The position numbers were made by a program, and so were the translations under genes. Positions 53,144 to 64,000 of a DNA stretch of 64,000 nucleotides are shown piece after piece. Origin of the DNA: Octopus vulgaris (taxonomy: Eukaryota). Within the stretch, counting starts at the first letter, position 1; each line of letters begins with the position of its first letter. Below the pieces are notes generated by a model. The model made no database searches. It saw only the letters and a program-made list of their open reading frames with translations, and had not been told where the DNA came from. The stretch covers positions 40,114,001 to 40,178,000 of the forward strand of contig OX597826.1 of assembly GCA_951406725.2 (NCBI GenBank), given 5' to 3'.

Positions 53144-53641
53144 TGTAGTGAAAATGGTGTTCCCCTTCCCACGCGACAAAGTGGTATGACAAGTGGTATA
53201 AAGGCGGTTAGCTGGCAGAATCGTTAGCGCGCCGGGCGAAATGCTAAGCGGTATTTCGTCTGCCGTTACGTTGTGAGTTCAAATTCCGCCGAGGTCGACT
53301 TTGCCTTTCATCCTTTCGGGATCGATAAATTAAGTACCAGTTACGCACTGGGGTCGATGTAATCGACTTAATACCTATGTCTGTCCTTGTTCGTCCCCTC
53401 TATGTTTATCCCCTTGTGGGTAATATAGAAATAGGTATGACAAGCCACTATAAAGTCAGACAGCGAATCAGTAGTAGTAGAGTCGTTGTACGAGCTCAGT
53501 TGGAGTCAGTGTCAATTACGTGATATATATGTGTTCGAGTTACCGTCAAAGTAAACGTTCAAAGTCATTGCTTTGCGGAGCTATCAGCGATAGTACGGTA
53601 GACAAGTGAAGGATAATAAGACTCGGAATACCGCCACAACA
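53144..53641 (+). mobile_element. Gypsy LTR (TG...CA) containing a family-A SINE
   Basis: Starts TGTAGTG right after the PPT, ends CACAACA (7-bp inverted termini, 1 mismatch); followed by taaaat-TGGCGAC. Confidence 0.75.
53202..53433 (+). mobile_element. Young family-A SINE
   Basis: Nearly identical to 56279-56506. Confidence 0.93.
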
Positions 53642-53898
53642 TAAAATTGGCGACATGAATATTACAGCGCTGACAATAACATACAGCTGGACGAGGATCC
53701 TCACTATAACAGATATAAAGCCTGGAATAGGAATAGTTTCAGGTCATCCTGGTCTTGTTTGTGACTGGTTATTTAAAGAAGTATACGTGTGTGTCTGTCG
53801 TATCAATGTGTGGTGATGTAATCTAATGAAGAACAGATGTGAAATACAAGACAGATTTTATCTGATTTAGAAAAAAAACAATAATGTATACATGTATA

Positions 53899-53934
<36 letters not shown>

Positions 53935-54419
53935 CGTGTGTGTGTGTGTGTGTAAGCATATGAATGCATATGGTCATATATGGGTGATGATAGAAGCTAT
54001 AGCCATAGCTATGGCATAAAGATGTCATAAGATTTATGAACTTCACGGTTGTTGCTGCTGTAGTTGTTGTTGTTGCTATTGTTGTAGTAGCTGTTGCAGG
54101 CAATGCATTAAGCAATTACATCCATAATTATTGATGACGGCGTATCGGAAGAGCTCCAATGATACCGTTGATGGTGCTACACCATAATTAGTATGTTTAT
54201 TATTGATAGTCAGTCTTTTGCTTTGCTTTTTTTTGTTGTAGCTAATATTATAGAATGTAAATGAGTCGTGTAATTGTAGTTCGACATACGTTTCTGTTGG
54301 CATTGGTGTGAGTGAAGGTCGGTTTGTTTACTGGACAGAATGAAAGAGAAATATTTTTTATGACATTGATTGACTAGGTATGGTGCTGTAGTTTTTCCCT
54401 TGTATAATATAGTGATGAT

Positions 54420-55400
54420 GTTAGTTTACGTGGTGGTGTTGGCAGGTGTGGTATAGTGATAGTCGCATTGATTAGTGTCGTGACAGTGCCATTGACTCAG
54501 GTAGTCTGGTGATGGTGGTGTTGATTGATGTGGTGTGGTGACTATGATGATGATTGATAATGTATAACGATCGTGGTGTTGACTGATGTGATGATGGTTC
54601 GATAGTGTTATTGAATAACGTGGTGATGATGGTGTCGATTAACGTAGTGGCGTTGATTGATGTGATGTAGTGATGGTCGTGGTGATTGATGTGGCGAGGA
54701 TAAGATGGAGTTGTTGATTCAGGTGGTGTGGTGTTGGTGGGGTTGATTAATGAAGCGTAATGAAGGTGGTGTTCATTGTAGTATGGGGATGGTGGAGTTG
54801 AATGATGTGATATAGTGAGAGCGGTGTTGACTGATGTGATGTAGTGATGGTGGCGTTTATTGATGTAGTTTAATGATAGTGGCGTTCATTGTGGTGTGGG
54901 GATGGTGGAGTTGATTGATAGGATATATTGATAATGTTGATTGATGTGGTGTATTGATGGTGGCGTTGACAGATGAGGTGTGGGGATGATATTGATGATT
55001 AATGTGGTGTGGCAGTAGTGTTGGCGATTGACTTGGAGAGATGACAGTATTGTTTTTGCGAAGCCCTGATATCAAAGAGATTTATAATCAAAAGAGAAAT
55101 GTTGTCGTTTAGACAAAGATGCTCGAGAAGACCGTGGAGAAGTTCTTTTGTTGTCTTCTTGTTGTTGCTGCTAATGTTGTTGATGGTGATACAGATGTTG
55201 AAGATGCTGATGTTGGTGGTAGTGGAGTGATAGTGGTGGTGGTGTAGTATGTTGTTGGCAGTGTTGGTGGTGGTGTCAGTGGTACTGATGCTGGTGTTGG
55301 TGGTGGTGGTAGTGGTGGTGGTGGTGGCAGTGTTAAAGGTACTAATCGTGTTGGTGGTACTGTTTGCAGTACTGATGCTGGTGGTGTTATTTATACTTAC
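54420..55400. repeat. Degenerate G/T-rich minisatellite (~25-30 bp unit tgtgatgtagtgatggtggtgttgattga) and (GGT)n-like low complexity
   Basis: Recurrent gtgttga(c/t)tgatgtg units 54430-55030. Confidence 0.75.
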
Positions 55401-56278
55401 GTGATGGTGGAATGTTGCAGCTGAATTAATGTTAATAATACTAACGTTGTGTTGGTATTATCGATAACATTGTTATTAGATCTCAGGTAGCAGACCTATA
55501 ATCTGCGGCGTTCCAGCCTTGATCAGCCTTTTCATTTGTATTCTGAGACATATCATTTGAATTTTGTATTTAAGGCTAATCTAGATGATTTGATGGTATT
55601 TAGTTCCGATACACCTTGTTTGGTGATTATGGTGTTGGTTGATGTTAACGATCTTCGATGATAGTCTTAATCTGTTATCAGGATGGAAAACAAAGCCCTT
55701 GAACTTTTATAGGACCACCGAGTGCGGTGGGACGGGAAAAATACGATGTGTCCTCATATCACGGACCTGGCACAATGTATGCAACAAAATAGGCTCCGCA
55801 GTGATACCCAATGTAGCTTATGCTGATGTTAAACTAGTTGACGGATTAAGCCTATGACACAAGTAAGCCATGGTAGGATTTGAACTGACAACAAACAATG
55901 TACCGGAACAAAAAACTCAAAGACGTTCGTTCTGACATTCGAACGGTTCTTTCAGTCCATCATCTTCGATCAATATAGATTCATCGACCCCTAATGTATA
56001 GAAAACAAAGTCAGGAAGGGCGGATTTTGAACTCACAAAGTAGAGTATCAGGACATATACCGCTAAGCATTCTGTACAAGACTCGAATAGATTTGATAAT
56101 TCGCCGATTTGTTCATAGTAGTGTCGTGTGGGTGATATTTGTGTGGGTGATGGGGTGTGTGTGGGGGGGGGTGATGGTGGTGGTGTTGGTGTCGGTGTTG
56201 GTAGTGCTGGGGTTCTTGTTGGCGGTGTTGATGTTAGTGTTGTCCTTGGTAGTGGTGGTAATAGGCTGGTGGTAGTGA

Positions 56279-56506
56279 TGGCGAGCTGGCAGAAACGTTA
56301 GCACGCCGGGCGAAATGCTTAGCGGTATTTCGTCTGCGTTACGTTGTGAGTTCAAATTCCGCCGAGGTCGACTTTGCCTTTCATCCTTTCGGGGTCGATA
56401 AATTAAATACCAGTTAAGCACTGGGGTCGATGTAATCGACTTAATACCTTTGTCTGTCCTTGTTTGTCCCCTCTGTGTTTGGCCCCTTGTGGGTAGTAAA
56501 GAAATA
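56279..56506 (+). mobile_element. Young family-A SINE
   Basis: Full head, core and tail; flanks ggtagtgatgg / ggttgtgatgg are a probable TSD. Confidence 0.93.
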
Positions 56507-57345
56507 GGTTGTGATGGTAGTGGTGGTAATGGTTTTTAGAATGTTGCACGGGATTGGTGTTCGTGTGGCATTAGTCGCGTGTTGATTACGTGTAGTATGA
56601 TATAATTTGATGTGGAGGCGTTGATGTAATTTTAGTTTAGCCTCAGTCAACATTTTTGAAGCATTACGAGTTGATTTGAAGGATATTTGGCGGATTTTTT
56701 TTGGCGGATCGTTTCACCAAGTTGAAATTCTTTTATTATAATGAAGATAATGATGAAGATAATGATGATAGCAATTTTATACTTGTAATGATGATGATGG
56801 CGGTGGTTGTAGTGTAGAATAGTGATGCAGTATTAGGGAAATGTTGGGGACGAGAGTGGCATGGTGTTGATGTGTGGGTGACAATGGTTCTGGTGGTATT
56901 GTAGTGATGTCAATTGTATTGGTCGTTACACTATTATTATGTTTAGTTCCTTGCAGCTATGGTGTTGGTGTTGATGATATGGTATTGATACTAGTTGTTG
57001 TAATTGTTTTTGGTAGTGATGGTGGTGGTTTGGATAGTGGTGGTGATGGTGGTGGTTTGGATAGTGGTGGTGATGGTGGTGACCATGACAAGGTTGCAAG
57101 ATGCAAGATTCAGTGCTAATGAGACAGATGTGTATCTGTAGGCAGATAACAGCATTGCTCCTGGAGTAATTATTTTAATTAACACATGCCAATCATATGC
57201 ATCTGTCGACTGCAGCAATTATAGCATGCTCTACTTATCTCAGCCTCTATCAATCACATTCACTGTCTTCCTACATATGTACGCATGCGATCGCGTATAC
57301 ACACACACAAACGCGTGGGCGCACGCACATGCACGCACACACTCA

Positions 57346-57414
<69 letters not shown>

Positions 57415-57804
57415 GATGAATTATATGCTTAGCGAAATTTTTTCCGGGTGTCTGTTTCACGTGTTCAAATCCTGCCAAACCTAAATTTGCATTAACATTT
57501 CGATGGCAAAAAACAAAGTTTCACTCGAAAGCTGTTTCAGGCCCTTAACAAAATCCTTTTCCCCCCATATTTCTTACTCTATCCACTTTTTCACAACGGT
57601 AGATCAGCTTTGTTGTCTCTCAATCATACTTCTGGATCCCTCCTTTTGTCATCGACGGCGTTGAGGGGTAACTTGCAGTTTTTTGCAACCACTCGTCCTC
57701 CATATGACAAAAGCTCCCCAGTGAGACGGCCTACCTGGGGACAAATTAATAGATTTACAAAAGACAAAAAGCACTCAAACGCGCTTATACACACATACAA
57801 ACAC

Positions 57805-59275
<1,471 letters not shown>

Positions 59276-59287
59276 TATACATATATT

Positions 59288-59410
59288 GGCCTGCTCGCTT
59301 AGCCAGCGGGGTGGCGTCATTTAAGGGCTAAAACAATGCGAAATGCATTGTGACCAGCGATGTGTAGCAACATCTGATAGCCTGGTCGGTCACGGTGATC
59401 ACGGTGATAT
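59288..59410 (+). mobile_element. SINE 3' fragment
   Basis: ggcctgctcgcttagccagcggggtggcgtcatt similar to 28913-28950; ends in tcacggtga repeats. Confidence 0.55.
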
Positions 59411-59415
59411 ACATA

Positions 59416-59495
<80 letters not shown>

Positions 59496-59580
59496 TTAGA
59501 GACAAAACCACTATTTTGCAAAACAAACAAGGAAAGACTTAATCAATACATAAAATTTTAATAAAAAGTCAAAAAAACCG

Positions 59581-59623
59581 CCACTACAATTGTTTCTTGT
59601 CGTGATCGACAATCTTCAGGTGG
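59581..59623 (-). ncRNA. Minimal type I hammerhead ribozyme (inverted copy)
   Basis: Exact reverse complement of 62657-62699. Confidence 0.88.
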
Positions 59624-60017
59624 ACTTCCAATCTAAAATATCAATATTTTAAAATATAAAAATAATTTTAAAATAATTAAAGTATTAATGAAAAAATATA
59701 AATAGATAATCTATATATAACCTATATATAATCCATATATAATCAATATATAAACAATATATAAACTAAAATAAACCTATCAACAATTAAATATAAAATA
59801 TAAAATATAAAACAAAACAAAAATAAACTATATATACACCCATACACATATAACTAATTATATATAACCATATCTAAATACATACACTAAATCACACACC
59901 TATATATATATCCCTATACATACACATAAAAACGTCTAGGCAACGATAAATAAATAAAATAGCCAAATACTTCAACACAATACTTATTCATACTCCCTCA
60001 CACACACATACAACCCA

Positions 60018-62180
60018 CATTCCCACTCTAGAAACGGACATCACTTAAAACTATGAATGGAGAAATGGAATAAATGGGATTAAAAATTATATTCACTTGG
60101 TAAAACATTACTTAAAATTATGAATGAAACAATGCAATAAAATAACAGACATCGCAAATAGACACAAATTACTACGAATCCCCTAACAAAACCACCATGA
60201 CAAACCAAAACTCATAAAAACATATAATGATAAAATCTCCCTTTACTAAACTCTATAACATACCTATATAGCAATCCCCCTAACCTAAACATTCACACAC
60301 AAATACACACACGTAAACCACACACCCACGACATATACAAATACCCACCTCACTCACACATACCTATACATACATATAAACCTCAACATATACTCCAAAA
60401 ACCCACTCAACCCCACACAGACAAATAAACACATACATCCCCAACCTATATAGCAAACCCATAAACACATTCACACACAAATATACATACGTAAAACACA
60501 CACCATATACATATACATACTCACTAAACTCGACATACACAACAATACTAACACACCCACACTCATACAGATAAACAAACCACACAACCAAAATACGCAC
60601 ACACTCACACACAATCCCACATACATAAACACTCCAAAGAAAAACAACATTATTACACATAATACGATATATAAAATACATCGTAAGTAACTAGAATATC
60701 AAAAATAACAATATGACATAAGTAGAAATAATATACATACTTTCAAGTCAGTTTCAAATTATGAAGTGAAATTAAATTCTAAGCCGTTAAAAACATCAAA
60801 CCAAAATTACGTTACCATAGGAACATAACTTATGTATATTTAAAATTATGAATGGAGAAATAGAATAAATGGAATTAAAAATTATATTCACGCGGTAAAC
60901 TAACATTATTTTAAATAATTTTAATAAAACCACCATGACAAATTAAAACTCATAAAAACATAAATGATAAAACCTCCCTTTACTAAACCCTATAACATAC
61001 TTATATAGCAATCCCTTTAACCTATACATTCACACACAAATACACACACGTAAACCACACACCCATAACAAATACAAACACCCACCCCACCCACACACAC
61101 CCACAAGTACACATAAGCCTCAACATATACACCAAACAAAATTACGTTACCAAGGAACCTAACATATGTATAAAAAGTATTCCCGCTCTGGAAACGAACA
61201 TCTTTTAAAATTATGAATGGAGAAATGGAACAAATGGAATTAAAAATAATATTCACGTAGTAAAACGAACACCACTCAAAAATTATGAATGAAACAATGC
61301 AATAAAACAACAAACATCGTAAATAGACAAACTACCACGAATTCCCTAATAAAACCACCATGACAAACCAAAACTCACAAAAACATATAATGATAAAATC
61401 TCCCTTTGCTAAACTCTATAACAAACCTATATAGCAATCCCCCTAACCTAAACATTCACACACAAATACACACACGTAAACCACAGACCCATGACTTATA
61501 CAAATACCCACCTCACTCACACATACCTATACTAACGTATAAACCTCAATATACACCAAAAACCCACTCCCTCCCCACACAGATAAATTAACACATACAT
61601 CCCCATACCTATATAACAAACCCATATACACATTCACACACAAATATACATCCGTAAAACACACACACACAACATATACATATACTCCCTCACATATACG
61701 CATATACATACTCACTAAACTCGATATATACAACAATATTTACACACCCACACTCATACAGATAAATAAATTATACAACTAAAATACGCACACACTCACA
61801 CACAATCTCACATACATAAACACTCCAAAGAAAAACAACATTATTACACATAAAACGATATATAAAATACATCGTAATTAACCAGAATATCAAAAATAAC
61901 AATATGACATAAGGAGAAATAATATACATACTTACAAGTCAGTTTCAAATTATGAAGTGAAATTAAATTCTAAGCCGTTAAAAAAATCAAACCAAATTAC
62001 GTTACCATAGGAACATAACTTATGTATAAAAAGAATACGCGCTATGGAAGCAAACGTCACTTAAAATTATGAATGGAGAAATAGAATAAATGGAACTAAA
62101 AACTATATTCACGCGGCAAACCAACACTACTCAAAAAAATTATGAATGGATTCTTTAATAAAACTACCATGATAAATTAT
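60018..62180 (+). repeat. Higher-order tandem repeat (long ~820-855 bp and short ~340 bp units, period ~1.16-1.19 kb)
   Basis: aaa(a/c)tatgaatggagaaat(g/a)gaa at ~60047, 60842, 61207, 62062; 60018-60900 aligns with 61178-62130. Confidence 0.9.
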
Positions 62181-62656
62181 TATATGTATTTATGAGTCTT
62201 AGCTTATCTTGGTAGTTCTAATAAACAATTTATAGCAATCCACGTCTACTCCCGACGTCTGCTACTCTACCACACCATTCCATTCCCAACTCTAAGCAAC
62301 GCTAGCCTACCAACCGGTTACAATTCCCAATTCCACTCATTCCACCGCAATCATAAGAGCTGTGACATACTTTCCTTTGATGTCACTTCTTTCATCTGCG
62401 TATCCTACCTTGATGTAGCTTCTGATGTTTGGTCTTGAATAATTGATTGGCCAAATTTTCTTAGAATTTTATGAATAACGTTTCTGGTTCCTTTTTAGTA
62501 GGTGCGATCTTTTGGTTTGTTTGCTTTTCGTGGAGAAAATATAAAAGAGAGAAGTAACTTTTGAGCTACATACGATTGCAACATCTACTTTAATTATTTT
62601 AAAATTATTATTTTTATATTTTATATTTTAAAATATTGATATTTTAGATTGGAAGT

Positions 62657-62699
62657 CCACCTGAAGATTGTCGATCACGACAAGAAACAATTGTAGTGG
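62657..62699 (+). ncRNA. Minimal type I hammerhead ribozyme
   Basis: ccac CTGAAGA ttgtcg-atca-cgacaa GAAA caatt GTA gtgg: 4-bp stem I, 6-bp stem II, palindromic ACAATTGT stem III; predicted cleavage after A62695. Confidence 0.9.
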
Positions 62700-62867
62700 C
62701 GGTTTTTTTGACTTTTTATTAAAATTTTATGTATTGATTAAGTCTTTCCTTGTTTGTTTTGCAAAATAGTGGTTTTGTCTCTAATAATATTATATAATAT
62801 TTTACTATAAAATTGGATTTAATCCTAAATCTGATTTTTTCCTGTAAATTTGGATTTATTCCCTATT

Positions 62868-62956
<89 letters not shown>

Positions 62957-62962
62957 TTTGTG

Positions 62963-62993
<31 letters not shown>

Positions 62994-63103
62994 TTACACG
63001 AAAACACACACATTTATATATATTATATGTATGTGTGTGTGCCTGTGTGTACTTATATATGCGTGTCTGTGTATATATGTATATGTATCTATCTATCTAT
63101 CTA

Positions 63104-63208
<105 letters not shown>

Positions 63209-63213
63209 TGAAG

Positions 63214-63900
63214 CGCAATCATAAGAGCTGTGACATACTTTCCTTTGATGTCACTTCTTTCATCTGCGTATCCTACCTTGATGTAGCTTCTGATGTTTGA
63301 TCTTGAATAATTGATTGGCCAAATTTTCTTAGAATTTTATGAATAACGTTTCTAGTTCCTTTTTGGTAGGTGGGATCTTTTTGTTTGTTTGCTTTTCGTG
63401 GAGAAAATATAAAAGAGAGAAGCGACTTTTGAGCTCCATACTATTGCAACATCTACTCTTCAGATAGAGGAGAAGAGCGTGACTTTTCCAGAAAACAGTA
63501 TATCATGATACGAGGAACAGAGCATTCATTTGCTAAACTTTGATGGCACACTTTCAAATATCGCTACGATATAAATTATTTCTGTCGATTTAGTTTTCTC
63601 TGAGGAAGAGACAAATAAAATTTTTAGTGTTATCTAATCAATTAAGCGGCACACAGAAACAATGTCCTCCATTGAGTACAATGAAATTTTTCTCTAATTC
63701 TGTCGCAATCAAGCATTGTAACTAAAACCTATAATTTCCAATTCTTATAATGGATACTAACTGAAACTGTTCATACAGTTTAGAAACTTTTGTAGGTCTG
63801 AATTGCATATTTTCATCAATCATCGAATTTTGAGGATCGTAGTGAGATCCTTTTCTAAGTTTATCGGGACTCATGAGTATATGTGGGATCATAGATGTAT
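63214..63900 (-). pseudogene. Very decayed coding remnant, possibly piggyBac-like transposase
   Basis: Weak motifs ILMSPDKL..HY, FRP..KLYEQFQ, DVAIV, F*ENLANQL, RKVCH..C. Confidence 0.25.
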
Positions 63901-64000
63901 ATGTCTGTCTGTAAGTATATAGCTCTTTTTCTCTCTTACACAGGGTACACACACACACACACACTCACACACACATACACACATACATACACACACACAC

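Larger units (their letters stand above)
59484..62872 (+). mobile_element. ~3.4 kb non-coding Penelope-like element with inverted hammerhead-bearing termini and internal tandem repeats
   Basis: 59484-59684 and 62586-62796 are inverted copies (one ~10 bp indel); both contain an intact hammerhead; flanked by (TA)n on both sides. Confidence 0.8.

Noticed and set aside
54420-55400. Telomere-like or coding G/T-rich repeats
   Set aside because: No TTAGGG arrays; degenerate minisatellite with stops in all frames
60018-62180. CRISPR-like or mitochondrial control-region interpretation of the repeat array
   Set aside because: Units are hundreds of bp with homologous rather than unique spacers, there are no cas genes, and no mitochondrial genes or tRNAs are adjacent; NUMT origin not formally excluded without a search

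Overview
AT-rich, repeat-saturated eukaryotic genomic DNA. The SINE families, the Dong/R4, RTE and Penelope content and the extreme (TA)n/(CA)n/(TAA)n load suggest an octopus or other coleoid cephalopod genome (inference). No intact host protein-coding gene is visible, and most listed ORFs are microsatellite translations. The window holds decayed or nested mobile elements: tRNA-derived SINEs of at least 4 types; Tc1, rosa-like, mariner and maT-like DNA transposons; a Helitron-type non-autonomous element; CR1, RTE, Dong/R4 and L1/Tx1 LINE pieces; a Mag-like Gypsy 3' half with LTR; and several Penelope-like elements. The most striking pattern is a recurrent set of minimal type-I hammerhead ribozyme motifs in small, mostly non-coding elements next to microsatellites. 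The best example is a ~3.4 kb ORF-less element (59484-62872) bounded by near-identical inverted hammerhead-bearing repeats and filled with a higher-order tandem repeat. Also notable are an RTE copy with twin-priming geometry, a Gypsy LTR flanked by both PPT and PBS, a degenerate HDV-like ribozyme candidate, and a decayed ORF of unknown family. All calls were made by eye; boundaries of decayed elements are approximate.
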